DNA from: a virus | Lineage: Duplodnaviria; Caudoviricetes | IMG/VR virus record: IMGVR_UViG_3300037714_000079 | Coordinates: 1 to 40,824 of that record | Direction: 5' to 3' (one strand) | DNA: 40,824 nucleotides | Part shown: piece by piece, positions 23,870-34,264 of the stretch | Layout of the letters: each line of letters opens with the position of its first letter | How positions within the stretch are numbered: position 1 is the stretch's first letter | Notes under the pieces: generated by a model | The model's input: the letters and a program-made list of their open reading frames with translations, nothing else | Database searches by the model: none | Told to the model about the DNA's origin: nothing | Made by a program: the position numbers and the translations under genes

Positions 23870-26710
23870 TCACAGAGCCAATCGGGTCGGTTCTGCCACT
23901 CGGACGGGAGTCTTAGCTACGTGGCTTTTGGTCACGTAGTTAGTCGACCGAGTAACGGTGAACGTTTGGTAGTAGAAGCCGTCCGAGAAGGATGGCGTAT
24001 CAATATTGGTCACGGTCATCACCTCACCCCCAACCTCAATGGTGAACGGGAACAAAGACGAATGGGATGCATTGGTGATCCAGTCAACGGAACCTAACCT
24101 ACGAACGGAGAACGCGGTGCCTGTAGGGCTGACAAACCCGGCCAGTTCGTGGCCGTCCGTTTGCAGGCGTCCCTTTGTGCTCAGGACAATGTTGTTCCAT
24201 CCATCCGCTGGACCTAGGTTCATGGAGAACCTACGGCGGTGAACGGAGAACTCCTCTTCCCACCCGAAGACGATGAAGTCGAACACACCCTTACCCCCGG
24301 GGAGGTTCGGGAACTCGATTCTAACTACGTCTCCTGGGAACAGGGCCCGGATACCCGCCTCAAGGGCAGAGTTGAACTCAACCTCGATGGTCACATTCGA
24401 GATACGCGGGTCGCCCGTGGTGGTAGTAGCTACCAGGAACGCGGCGTACTGGCCGAGTGCTTCGTTGTCTGCCAGGGACACAGTGATCTCACCGACCAGG
24501 TAACCCGCACCCTCTGGATCATCCTCGGGGCGGTTGGAGTTCTGGGGGCCGGACGTCTTGAGATAGCTACTAGAACTGCCACCCGAGATTCGAGCAATCC
24601 CGTGGTTCACGGTGTCCGACAAGTCGGTAACCCGTTCCACCGGATGAATCACGGTGCCATCATCCGAAGACAGCGTGAATACTGGATCTTGCCCCTGCCG
24701 GGTATACCGGGGTCGGAACACGATTGCTCCTGTACGGAAGTCTTCGCCCATCAACCCGTAGTCAGAAAGAGCCGCCTTACGGGCGAGTTCTACGCTGTTG
24801 CCATCATCCTGTGCTGCCAGTTCTGTACCAGCAGGGTTCTCCAAAAGGCCATTTGGATAAATATCATACCGGGAGTAAGCAATTTGTGATTCTTCATCCA
24901 TAAGCCGGGCAATCCGATGTGGGCTGAACTCAGAGGGGTACCCGGGTGCCACCAAGAATGAGCGAGTCTCCGGTTCTTGAACCACGATCTGTGCCGCACT
25001 GCTAACATGAACATGCCCGAAGGCGATGTCACTAGATGCCGCACCCCCCCACCGAACTTGGCGTACAGGCCCGGTGGTGTACCCGGAGGGGCTCAAGGAT
25101 ATGACGGAGATAGAGCTTAAGGACCCTTCCTCCTGGAGTTCAAAGGTAATCGTCAGCCCTCCGCTGATTTCTCTAACCCAGAACTTGCAGTATACAAGCT
25201 TCTCGAACGCAGCGGATATCAGCGCACCGGTATCAAAAGCTATGACGTTGTATGGGTCGTTTGCCGGGTACATCAGGAGATAGAACAGGGTGCCAATAGC
25301 TTTCAGGTACAGGCGAACTTCACCGTGAGATGCTGTATCTATGACACACGACATTAGCTCTGTGCCCGACCCGATACCGGCGTCGTTCTCTAGCCTCATC
25401 TGCCAGGACACGTGTTGGTGGTCAATCGCGAGGGTATGGTCAGGAACCGCCCCGTATACCCATCGGCCGCCGTACGTGGCTACGGGATCAGACCCGGAGA
25501 ACCCGGAGAAAGCCGCTGGCGTCCAGAAGCCTTCAGTCAAACCTACCTGTGGAGCGGTAGCGACACCACTTCGAGTACTGGCCCCTAGCTGAGTTACTGC
25601 CCCGGTCCCCTCTTCGAGGGGCCAATACGCGACCACATCCGAACGGGCGGAGACGTGGCGATACATTCGAGACCGGTTGCTAACTTTAGTGGCCCGTCCA
25701 AGACGGGCCAGAGGACCACGTGCCCGAACTTGAACCTTGCGCCGGTACCCGGACGAATCCCAAAGGGGCTTAAAGGATGTTGCTTCACCCATGGCCCGAA
25801 CAGACTCATCTACGATCGCGGCTCCGCCGCGACTCGTCCACTGATTCCCTTCCTCGTCCTGAAACCCGTAGATACCTGCCTGAGTACGGTTCGTGAAATC
25901 GACCGTGGATACGGGTGTGCCGTTGGTCGAATCCCGGAGTTCAACGTGGCGGAGGATGCCCCGGGCCCCGAAAGGGGGAAGTAGGCCGCTGAGAACACCT
26001 CCGATAGTCAGCTCTGCCGGAGTAGTCGTCAGCGTCGCTACTCCGGCATTAGTAACCGTACTGGTCAGCGTCCACGGGCCGTTAATAGTCGTCGCCGTGT
26101 AGAAACGGGCGGTTCGTCCCCCTGCCCCGTTGTCGGCTTCAAAAGTCCACCTCAAAGCCCGTTCCGTATCCCCAAGGTTAAATATCGCTGCTCCGACTAG
26201 GGCAGATGTCGAGGCACCGCCGTTCGTAGTCCATGTAAAGAATGGGGTTCTGACAACCCCACTTACGCCCACCGCCCAGCCCATAGCCTCGGTGTCGGTG
26301 TCGATACGGCCGACGAGCCAAGTGCTCAAGTCTCCGATAGGTACAGAACCCTCGATACGAATGTCGTAGACGCCCGTAGTGGAGTCAGGGACTTCGCTGG
26401 TTCGGAAGACTGACATAATCTCTTGCTGGCTGTGGTAGAACTTGGCGTAGCTGTCCGACTCCCCCTCCGAAACCATGATCGGAGTGCCCATACCGAACTT
26501 ACGGTAGAGGTCCGACTCTGCGTTCTCCGGGTTAAACCGGGCCTCTTCATCGTCCAGGGTGAATCCGATTTCGGTCGGGGTCCACGTACCGTGCTCCGAG
26601 GGCTGACCGACCTTGGCGATGACGGGCTGAGACAGATCCAAGTACTCAGTGATGTCGTTCCAAACACCCTCGTACCGCATGAACACGTTGAAATCTGTCT
26701 CGCCTGCCAC
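23870..26710 (-). CDS. Large minor tail protein with LamG/ConA-like segments
   Basis: 946 aa after the tape measure; AYWPLEEG motif; GGAGG SD. Confidence 0.8.
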   Translation of the reverse strand: MAGETDFNVFMRYEGVWNDITEYLDLSQPVIAKVGQPSEHGTWTPTEIGFTLDDEEARFNPENAESDLYRKFGMGTPIMVSEGESDSYAKFYHSQQEIMSVFRTSEVPDSTTGVYDIRIEGSVPIGDLSTWLVGRIDTDTEAMGWAVGVSGVVRTPFFTWTTNGGASTSALVGAAIFNLGDTERALRWTFEADNGAGGRTARFYTATTINGPWTLTSTVTNAGVATLTTTPAELTIGGVLSGLLPPFGARGILRHVELRDSTNGTPVSTVDFTNRTQAGIYGFQDEEGNQWTSRGGAAIVDESVRAMGEATSFKPLWDSSGYRRKVQVRARGPLARLGRATKVSNRSRMYRHVSARSDVVAYWPLEEGTGAVTQLGASTRSGVATAPQVGLTEGFWTPAAFSGFSGSDPVATYGGRWVYGAVPDHTLAIDHQHVSWQMRLENDAGIGSGTELMSCVIDTASHGEVRLYLKAIGTLFYLLMYPANDPYNVIAFDTGALISAAFEKLVYCKFWVREISGGLTITFELQEEGSLSSISVISLSPSGYTTGPVRQVRWGGAASSDIAFGHVHVSSAAQIVVQEPETRSFLVAPGYPSEFSPHRIARLMDEESQIAYSRYDIYPNGLLENPAGTELAAQDDGNSVELARKAALSDYGLMGEDFRTGAIVFRPRYTRQGQDPVFTLSSDDGTVIHPVERVTDLSDTVNHGIARISGGSSSSYLKTSGPQNSNRPEDDPEGAGYLVGEITVSLADNEALGQYAAFLVATTTTGDPRISNVTIEVEFNSALEAGIRALFPGDVVRIEFPNLPGGKGVFDFIVFGWEEEFSVHRRRFSMNLGPADGWNNIVLSTKGRLQTDGHELAGFVSPTGTAFSVRRLGSVDWITNASHSSLFPFTIEVGGEVMTVTNIDTPSFSDGFYYQTFTVTRSTNYVTKSHVAKTPVRVAEPTRLAL

Positions 26711-26712
26711 TG

Positions 26713-29409
26713 TTACCTCCTACTAAAGAACTCTTCGGCGCTACCGCCCGCATCTTCGTCAACCGCCACCCGAATCGCGGACACCAATGGTTTGAGTCCA
26801 CCTTCGAGGTTGACCACGATCACTGGCTGGGAAGTCCCCCTTCCGGGGGCCCCGGGCTCTGGACTGAAAGACGGGGCCGACGAGCCATAGTCAACATCAC
26901 CCGCCCGTAGATTCCGGGTGATGGTTTGGTCAACGTCCGCCATCAAAGCGGGGATGGCTGGCATGCTCAGTCCGATGGAATCAATTCCATTCTGGAAACC
27001 GATCATCAGCCATTCACCGGCCTTCATGCCTTCCTTGGACGGAGAGCTAATGCCCAAGAAGTTCAGGACACTTCCCCAGGCATTCTTAACTGTTCCGACC
27101 AACTTGCTAGCGAGGTGACCTGCCATGTTCCCGATGCCTTTGATCAGGCCCCAGATCAGATCAGCGCCACCCTCGATCATCATAGGGACCAACTTTGGGA
27201 TCAGCTTGACGAGTTCCCATACAAGCTTCCACATGGCAGCCTGCAACTGGGGTCCCGACGTAACCAGCCCATCGATTAGCGCGAACAGAATATCGATGCC
27301 CGCCTTCATGATCTTGGGCAAGTTGTCCACGATCAAAGTGACGATAAGGGGGATGAGCTTGATGATGGACTCCACCAATTTCGGTATCGCGTTCACAATG
27401 CCGGTAATCAGTGAGGTCAACACCTTGATCCCGGTATCGATGATCTGAGGGAGAACCCCTACGACGCCATCGATGATGGTAGGTATAACATCCGTGATAA
27501 TGACTTCCAGCAATTTAGGAAGCACGGTTATGATGCCGTCCACCAAGGCCAAAATCACCTTAGCTCCAGCCTCTAGGATCATCGGCAACGCCGATACAAT
27601 CTGAGTCAGGAGTTTAGGAATCAACTGCACGACGGTAATCAGCAACTGCGGTACAGCCTGAACAATGCCGTCTACCAAAGCTAGGATGATCTTGATTCCT
27701 GCCTCTAGCAGCAGCGGAATCGCGTTGATAATCGCGGTCAGGATCTGAGGAATGGCAGAGGCTATAGTTGCAACCAAAATAGGAAGCGACTGAACCAAGC
27801 CCGTGACGAGCGCTTGAATAAGCCCTACGCCTGCTTCGATGATCCGGGGGATAGCTGCGACTAGCGTTTCGATAACCTTGGGGAGTACCGTTTGCACGAA
27901 GGTCAAGAGCTTGGGCAGAGCTGCCACGATCCCTTGAATCAAGCCTTCGAGCAAGGCCACCCCGGCTTCGATGATAGAAGGGATAGCGGTCAGCACAGCA
28001 ATAATTAGCTTGCTCACCAAGGACAGAATGTTGGACACCAATTGAGGAAGAATCCTCGGGGCAGCCTCGGCAATAGCCGTGAACAGCCTCAATGCTGCGC
28101 CACCCATCATCGGGATGGCGTTCACCACAGATTGAATCAGGCCGTCGATGAACCCGCTCAGGTTAAAGCTTCCAACCTCACCGCGAATAACCTGCATCAC
28201 TGCTGAGAGAACGTTCCCGAAGTCCTTCATGCCCTCCGCGCCACCCACGATATCTTCGACACTCTGACGGAACGCCGAGAACTTCTCCCGGGCCGTAGAT
28301 CCGAAGTTATTTATCTTGGTCAGCATCGCAGTAACGGCGGGCATGAAGAACGACCCGGCTACGATCGCGAAGTCTTTAACCAGATGCTTACCTACCGCAA
28401 ACTGGGAATTGAACGTGTCCATCTGCTTAGTGGCGATTTCCTTGGTGGCACCTGTAGCGCCTTCCAAAGACTTCTGGTAAACCCGGAGGGCATCGCTGCT
28501 GCCCATGAGCATGATGATTCCCCGACGCTGGTCATCGTTGAATCCCATAGTCTGGAGAGCCGCGTTACGAGCCTCTGTGGACAGGCCACCTAGGCCCTTC
28601 TCCATGTCCGCGATGATGTCGGCCGTCGGGCGCATAGCCCCGGCGGTGTCATATACCGTAACCCCGAACTTGGCGAACTCCGCCGTGTTCTTGCGACCCC
28701 ATACGTCCAGGCCGATCAGGGTGTTCTTAAGCAGGGTGCCCGCTTCGGAGCCCTTGAGGCCCTTATTAGCGAACTCCGCGAGGATGGCTACGCCTTCCTC
28801 CATCGATTTGTTGTACTGGACCAAGGCCCCCGCGCCGTCTTTGGTAAGCGCTTCTGAGAACTGCTGAACGGATGCGTTGGCCAGAACGGACGCCTGAACG
28901 AGGACATCAGACACCCGAGTCATGTTCTTCAGGTTCTCGGCAGCATCCTTGGAGGACAAGCCTAGTGCGGACTGTGCGTCCGTCAGAAGGTCCGTCGCTA
29001 GTGCCAAGTCGAAGTTACCGGCCGTGGCGAACTGTGCCACGGCGGGCATCGCCGCAATAGACTGTTCGGCACTGAGACCGGCAGAAGCCAGGAAGTAGAA
29101 GGCTTCTGCGGCCTCATTAGCACTGAACTTAGTTGTCTCCGCCACCTTCATGGCGGCATTCGACATCTCGTTCCGCATCTTGTCGGAGACGTCGCCCATG
29201 ATCGACGTAGACTGGGTCATCTTCTCGTCAAAATCCGCGAATGCCTTACCCACGCCTACAGCGGCCGTGGTCAGCGCTGCCGAGATGACTGCCCCAGCCT
29301 TAACCGCTGTAGATGCCAGGCCGCCAACCTTGCCCCCGACTTTGTCCAGCTCACCCGAAAGCTTGGAAGCGTCACCAACAATGGCAATGCGTAGAACCCC
29401 ACCGGCCAT
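26713..29409 (-). CDS. Tape measure protein
   Basis: TP901-type core (FSANEAAEA..KGSEAGT), ~11-aa amphipathic repeats, LGIxSPSK. Confidence 0.93.
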   Translation of the reverse strand: MAGGVLRIAIVGDASKLSGELDKVGGKVGGLASTAVKAGAVISAALTTAAVGVGKAFADFDEKMTQSTSIMGDVSDKMRNEMSNAAMKVAETTKFSANEAAEAFYFLASAGLSAEQSIAAMPAVAQFATAGNFDLALATDLLTDAQSALGLSSKDAAENLKNMTRVSDVLVQASVLANASVQQFSEALTKDGAGALVQYNKSMEEGVAILAEFANKGLKGSEAGTLLKNTLIGLDVWGRKNTAEFAKFGVTVYDTAGAMRPTADIIADMEKGLGGLSTEARNAALQTMGFNDDQRRGIIMLMGSSDALRVYQKSLEGATGATKEIATKQMDTFNSQFAVGKHLVKDFAIVAGSFFMPAVTAMLTKINNFGSTAREKFSAFRQSVEDIVGGAEGMKDFGNVLSAVMQVIRGEVGSFNLSGFIDGLIQSVVNAIPMMGGAALRLFTAIAEAAPRILPQLVSNILSLVSKLIIAVLTAIPSIIEAGVALLEGLIQGIVAALPKLLTFVQTVLPKVIETLVAAIPRIIEAGVGLIQALVTGLVQSLPILVATIASAIPQILTAIINAIPLLLEAGIKIILALVDGIVQAVPQLLITVVQLIPKLLTQIVSALPMILEAGAKVILALVDGIITVLPKLLEVIITDVIPTIIDGVVGVLPQIIDTGIKVLTSLITGIVNAIPKLVESIIKLIPLIVTLIVDNLPKIMKAGIDILFALIDGLVTSGPQLQAAMWKLVWELVKLIPKLVPMMIEGGADLIWGLIKGIGNMAGHLASKLVGTVKNAWGSVLNFLGISSPSKEGMKAGEWLMIGFQNGIDSIGLSMPAIPALMADVDQTITRNLRAGDVDYGSSAPSFSPEPGAPGRGTSQPVIVVNLEGGLKPLVSAIRVAVDEDAGGSAEEFFSRR

Positions 29410-29421
29410 TGTCGGCTCTCC

Positions 29422-29918
29422 TTATCGTCTTTTGCTTTGCGCAGCCTTGCGTTGTTTGTGAATCTCCCGTAGCCGGGCCGAGTACACGTCTAGCTCATCT
29501 TGGGTCATATCCCAGACGTCGGATGGCCTCAATGAGAATTCCTCGGCCAGGTACGGGAGCATCTTCAGGACTGCGCTGTAGTAGGGTCCTCCCCAGGGTC
29601 GTCCCCTGGGATTTCCCCGATGGTGTTGCCGTTGGCAGACAGGGCTTGAAACTCGAACTCAGTATCAGCGGCGTCGAGTTCGTTCTGAACCGTCAGATAG
29701 TTCAGGTTCCTCTCACGCTGCACGCGTTCGAGGTACACCAGCGCTACCACGGCGTCGATATCCGCTTCGAGCACGGCCTTGATTAGCGTCGACTGGGTGA
29801 ACCCGGTGGTCGACTTAATGGCACGCCACCCATTGGCGGGTACCTTCCTGTAGTCCAGCACAAGATTTCGATCACCAAGGCGGAAGTACGCCTTGACTTT
29901 GCCAACACCTACAGCCAT
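29422..29918 (-). CDS. Tail assembly chaperone; short form 29565-29918, long form via -1 frameshift to 29422
   Basis: Position before the tape measure; -1 frame encodes YLAEEFSLRPSDVWDMTQDEL.. Confidence 0.8.
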
Positions 29919-29932
29919 TTTCTCACCCGTTC

Positions 29933-30322
29933 TTAGTTCTTAAATGCTTGGTTCAGGGCGCTGTCTACGCGCTGTTCCAGGATCTTGAGGACTCCGGCCT
30001 CATTTTGTTTCGCTGTGTTCACGATGTACGGGCGTCCGGGCGTCTGGGGACGAATACCTCTACGACCCCATTGTTGGAAGTTAGCCTTTCGATGGCCACC
30101 TCCGACCCGAAGCAAGACTTCCCGGGAGCTAGCCGAAGGTCGTACGGTTGCACCGGACCCGGCACCTACCGCCCCCGGGACGGGGGCGGGTCGAAGCTTA
30201 GAGATTACAAACTCACCCACTTGTTTGTGGGCTCGGCCGATCTCCTTGGGTAACTTTCCGCCGTTCGCGATACGTACGGCCTTCTGGAATTCCTTAAATC
30301 CCTCAAGCTTGATAGCGGACAT
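29933..30322 (-). CDS. HK97 gp10-like tail completion protein
   Basis: IKLEGFKEFQKA N-terminus, WG..RPY C-terminal motif; start at ATG 30322. Confidence 0.65.
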   Translation of the reverse strand: MSAIKLEGFKEFQKAVRIANGGKLPKEIGRAHKQVGEFVISKLRPAPVPGAVGAGSGATVRPSASSREVLLRVGGGHRKANFQQWGRRGIRPQTPGRPYIVNTAKQNEAGVLKILEQRVDSALNQAFKN

Positions 30323-31272
30323 TACGCCGCTCCCGTCAAGCCTTCCGCGTTGGTGAGGACAGCCGTAATCGCAGCAGCGTCCGACGTCGCGGAAACACAC
30401 TTGAAAGGCACATTCTCGGACAGAAGTTCTGGTCCACCCACTTCTGTGGTCTCGCCATCAAACCGGACGTTGCACGTAACTACCAGGGTTTCAGTGCCGT
30501 TGTCGAACGTGAGAACCAGGGCGGCTTCGTCGCCAGCGATAAACCGGTTGTACTGAGTCAAGCCCTCGAAATCAATAGTGGCCGACCCTGTGTACTCACG
30601 GAACCCGTTAGCCAGGTACTCACGGGAGGTGGACTGCCCCTGACGAGGACGCTCCGTCAGGTTGTTATCCCCGCTGAGTTCGATCGAGTGCACGACGTTG
30701 TTCGTAGCCCCGCCGATGGACAGAGATGCCTCGGTGAATACGAACGGGGCCAGGGTGGAATCGTAGCTAGCCGAAGCCAGTGCCGTGCCCGTGGTCTCCG
30801 TCATCCCGACGATGTCTAAAGACAGCATGGCGATGGAGTTGAGGTCAGACGAAATGGCCCACTTGCCTACTTTGCAACCGGCATAAGTGAACGGTTGAAC
30901 CGTTGCCGTAATATCCGGTCGCCCCACCTGACAGGTGAACGACTTACCGGTCAAGTCGGCGGGGGTGTAGGTGTAGTCCCATTGACTAGCGTTCGTAGCC
31001 GTGGCAACAGCGCCGAACATGTGGGCAAAGAGGGTTGCTACGTCAGTATTCCATAGCTCCATCTCAACCGTACCGGAGACAAGCCCAGCGCCGGGCTTCC
31101 ATGCAGCCGTGACAAACCGACCGGCCCGAAGGCCGTTCGAGTCAAGCCGTTCGATGTTGTTCTTGATATTCTCGGAGTTGAACGGGAGAAACGTATCAAC
31201 GGTGACCGCAGTGCCCGGAGTCGTCTCCGAGACGTAGCCGAACTGGGCACCAACACCGGCGGGTGTGCTCAT
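30322..31272 (-). CDS. Major tail (tube) protein
   Basis: ExTxGTAV, TxQVGRP..YxGCK motifs; position in the tail module. Confidence 0.85.
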   Translation of the reverse strand: MSTPAGVGAQFGYVSETTPGTAVTVDTFLPFNSENIKNNIERLDSNGLRAGRFVTAAWKPGAGLVSGTVEMELWNTDVATLFAHMFGAVATATNASQWDYTYTPADLTGKSFTCQVGRPDITATVQPFTYAGCKVGKWAISSDLNSIAMLSLDIVGMTETTGTALASASYDSTLAPFVFTEASLSIGGATNNVVHSIELSGDNNLTERPRQGQSTSREYLANGFREYTGSATIDFEGLTQYNRFIAGDEAALVLTFDNGTETLVVTCNVRFDGETTEVGGPELLSENVPFKCVSATSDAAAITAVLTNAEGLTGAA

Positions 31273-31454
31273 TCCTTTTCACCTTCCTTGGTGTTGGCCT
31301 TGACGGCCTTGAACTTCCGGGACTGTTCACAGAGGGAAGCCGCCGTCTTGGCGTCAACCTCGAACACACCCCCCGGATATGCTGTGAATGTGGCCGCGCC
31401 CGTAGCGGGCACGACCTGAACGGGCCGATGGCCCAGGTACTCAACCTTGCTCAT
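31269..31454 (-). CDS. Small virion-module protein
   Basis: GAGG SD, ATGA overlaps. Confidence 0.6.
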   Translation of the reverse strand: MSKVEYLGHRPVQVVPATGAATFTAYPGGVFEVDAKTAASLCEQSRKFKAVKANTKEGEKE

Positions 31455-31906
31455 GTCAACCTCGCGTGCGCGGTGATATCGATAGTGATCATGCATCCCC
31501 AGCCGTTTTCCAACGGGGTCATCTCATTTCCCAATGCGGCGACCTGCCCCCACTGAATCGCTGAGTTGCCGATAGTGACGTCGTTGGCTAGGGCGTTCTC
31601 GACAACCGCTAGCAACTCCAAGGCGCGTTCTTGTGTAGCCTGAGCGCCCGCGCTCGTCTGGTCGGGTTTAGCCACCCAGACGATAGTTTCGATCGTGAAG
31701 CTTTCCTGGCGTTGCTTTCGACCAGCTCTATTGTTCGGGAACTCCTGTTGCCAGTCCTTGACGTCACCCAGCCACAAGCCCTCAAACCAGCTCTTGGCGG
31801 CTACCGGACCCGGCCACGCGTAGTTAACCTTGCCGGACAGAACTCCTGTATCCAAGGCGGACACTAGGGCTGCCTTGGCCACCCCCAGGGTGGATGTGGT
31901 AGGCAC
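31451..31906 (-). CDS. Probable tail terminator
   Basis: Size, position and alpha/beta pattern (KAALxxAL..VExALxxDxTI). Confidence 0.6.
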   Translation of the reverse strand: MPTTSTLGVAKAALVSALDTGVLSGKVNYAWPGPVAAKSWFEGLWLGDVKDWQQEFPNNRAGRKQRQESFTIETIVWVAKPDQTSAGAQATQERALELLAVVENALANDVTIGNSAIQWGQVAALGNEMTPLENGWGCMITIDITAHARLT

Positions 31907-31914
31907 ATCGCCTC

Positions 31915-32550
31915 CTAGTAGATGCCGACAGGCGGCAAGAGCTGGTCATTAAGGAACTCCCGCACCATCGGATCGACGGCACGATAGAACTGCAACGGAT
32001 CGGCGGGGTTCTCTGTGTCCGAATAGAACGACGGCTGTTGGGACCAGCCGCTAGATTCCCGCTTCCATACTCGCCGGAGAACGGCGGATGCGGCTAGCTT
32101 GAACTGAGCATCTACAGACGCCGTGTCAGCAACTCGGCCGGACGTGTAGGAGACAATAAGGTTCCGTCGTCCCGCTCGGAAGGTAGCGTCTACGCCGCTC
32201 ATGCGGCGATAGACGAAGCTGTACGGGTTGCCTGGTTCCAGTAGGTACCCGTTAGCGGGCTTGGTGCTGTCCGTCTCTGCCGTAAGGACTACTTCGCCGC
32301 CGTTTTGCCATTCCGAGAATGAGGAAATAGCCGTCGCGTAGTGCTGGTCTAGCATGATGATGCTGGCCCCGCCGTCGTGGCGCTCAGCAGTGACCGAACG
32401 CTGTACGACGTTGCCACAAAGGGAGTCAATACGCCGAGAGATGCCTGATACGTATAACGCCAAGCTGTCATCCTGGGTGCTCGTACCCGACGGCAGGTTA
32501 ACGGCCGACTTGGCCTCAGCCAATGTCAGCAAGTCAGTAGCACTAGCCAC
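31915..32550 (-). CDS. Head-to-tail adaptor
   Basis: LLTLAEAK..IDxxCG..ExHDG..VxYTxG. Confidence 0.75.
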   Translation of the reverse strand: MASATDLLTLAEAKSAVNLPSGTSTQDDSLALYVSGISRRIDSLCGNVVQRSVTAERHDGGASIIMLDQHYATAISSFSEWQNGGEVVLTAETDSTKPANGYLLEPGNPYSFVYRRMSGVDATFRAGRRNLIVSYTSGRVADTASVDAQFKLAASAVLRRVWKRESSGWSQQPSFYSDTENPADPLQFYRAVDPMVREFLNDQLLPPVGIY

Positions 32551-33931
32551 GTATCTTCACCTCCGGCCATTTCTCCTCGAATACTTTCTGGTCGTGCTCT
32601 AGCACGGCCCGCATAGATTCCCAATCGCCGGTCTTACTTCCGCCGTCGATGTGCGTGCACTTGGCGTCCAGGGCGATCGCCGTCTTGCCACCCGCGTAGT
32701 GCACGGACGTGAACAAGTCGTTATCCCCGAAATACCATTGGAGGTTCTTCGGGAACCGGTATCCGGTCTCGCCCTTGAGAGCGAACGCGAAGCCCGCAAA
32801 GCCCCCCGTGCCGTCGTAACGACCCGCGCACATGTCCTCGGTGTACTGGGTACCCGTACCCGCGCGGGCGTCGTAGTTGGCGCACGTAGCCCCAACTAAG
32901 GGGTCGTGACGGAGCGGGTGGACCAGGCTACTAACAAACGTAGGGCCATCGATCGTGATGTCGTTGTTCAGGATCACGACGTTAGACAGGTTGGACTCAG
33001 CACTAGCCTTTTCAAGGCCCCTGTTCCACATCTCGTGGATGTTCTTACCAGAGGCAGCCAAGATAATACCGCCACTCTCCCGGATACTGCCAAGCGGCAG
33101 GGAGCTACCGTTGTCGAACACGAAGATCTTGGCGCACTCACCTTGGTAGGCGAGTTCCTGAACCAGATGTTCGGTCATCTCCAGTTGCTCGAATGTATCG
33201 ATCTTCACTGGAATGACGACGTAGTTCGGGATGTCCGCGAGCTGAGGCTGTGAACCCTCGGTCAGGTAGGCCGTCTTGTGATGACTCGTCTTGACCGCAG
33301 TATTGACGTACACGCCAAAACCGAGGTCTTTAGCTCGCTTGAAGAACGACAAGTCCTCGCCGAAGAATCGACCCTTGATCTCCGCTTCGTGGAACCACGG
33401 GCGAGCCGAGTCCTTGAAAGCCAGCTCCATCTCAGCCAGCGCGAACCGGTGGACCGCGAAGAACGCGGCCCCCGTGCCGTCACACTCAACGACAGAATCA
33501 CGTGGGTAGTCATACACGGGGGCACACCCGACGGCCGTAGGCGTCTCCACCCAACGGTAAATGGTCGGGAACTGCTCCAACTTCATGGAGTTCTGGGGGC
33601 CAACGCCGTCCCGGCGCATACCAAACGCGAGGCCACCCATGATATAGGTGCCCTCTTCATGCGCCGAGTCAATCAGCCTGTCCACTGCGTCAGCATCAAA
33701 TCCCATGTCTGAGTCAATGAACACCAACCAGTCAGCGCCCGTCTTGAGGAAGGCGCGAACGGCATCATTGCGAGCGTCGGTGATTCGACCGGCCCCGCAT
33801 TCGTGATCCGTGAAACCCCGGAGACGCTGCTTGTTCAACAGGTCGTGGTGCATGAGGTTTCGAATTGACTTGTGGTAGGCCCACGACGGGTGGCCGTCGG
33901 TAAGAGTCCCGATGATGTACGTGTCCGACAT
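32543..33931 (-). CDS. Tandem two-domain GT-A (GT2-like) glycosyltransferase
   Basis: Domain 1: RN..WLVFIDSD..GAAF..GEDLSF..H.K. Domain 2: VVIPV..DNGS..WNRG..LNND..GDND..H. Confidence 0.85.
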   Translation of the reverse strand: MSDTYIIGTLTDGHPSWAYHKSIRNLMHHDLLNKQRLRGFTDHECGAGRITDARNDAVRAFLKTGADWLVFIDSDMGFDADAVDRLIDSAHEEGTYIMGGLAFGMRRDGVGPQNSMKLEQFPTIYRWVETPTAVGCAPVYDYPRDSVVECDGTGAAFFAVHRFALAEMELAFKDSARPWFHEAEIKGRFFGEDLSFFKRAKDLGFGVYVNTAVKTSHHKTAYLTEGSQPQLADIPNYVVIPVKIDTFEQLEMTEHLVQELAYQGECAKIFVFDNGSSLPLGSIRESGGIILAASGKNIHEMWNRGLEKASAESNLSNVVILNNDITIDGPTFVSSLVHPLRHDPLVGATCANYDARAGTGTQYTEDMCAGRYDGTGGFAGFAFALKGETGYRFPKNLQWYFGDNDLFTSVHYAGGKTAIALDAKCTHIDGGSKTGDWESMRAVLEHDQKVFEEKWPEVKIRG

Positions 33932-33952
33932 GGAATGCCCGTTCCTTAGTCG

Positions 33953-34228
33953 TTAGTTCTTGCGGGGTCGACCCGGACCGCGTTTGGCCGGAGTTTCAGT
34001 GCGAGCCTCGCCCGGCTCCTGTCGAGCCGTGCGGGTACCGTGAGTCAATGCTGACCGGTCACCGAGTTCGATGGTGTCCTTGGGTCGCGCAGTGTTCTTC
34101 AGACGGTCCTCGGCGCTCTCGAACAAGTCCGGGTGCGCGATAACCGCCGGGTGATCCTCGTCGTAAGGGTGGTTCTGGTAGATAAACCCCGCGCTAGTAC
34201 GCGCCGAGATCTTCGCGACTACAGCCAC
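33953..34228 (-). CDS. Small capsid-adjacent protein with C-terminal AT-hook-like KRGPGRPRK
   Basis: AAGGAG SD; HPxVxxHPDLF motif; basic tail. Confidence 0.7.
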   Translation of the reverse strand: MAVVAKISARTSAGFIYQNHPYDEDHPAVIAHPDLFESAEDRLKNTARPKDTIELGDRSALTHGTRTARQEPGEARTETPAKRGPGRPRKN

Positions 34229-34264
34229 GATTTACTCCTTTTCCCATTCAATCCCGTTCTGAAA

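Noticed and set aside
27200-28150. Periodic repeats in the tape measure gene
   Set aside because: Ordinary ~11-residue amphipathic TMP repeats
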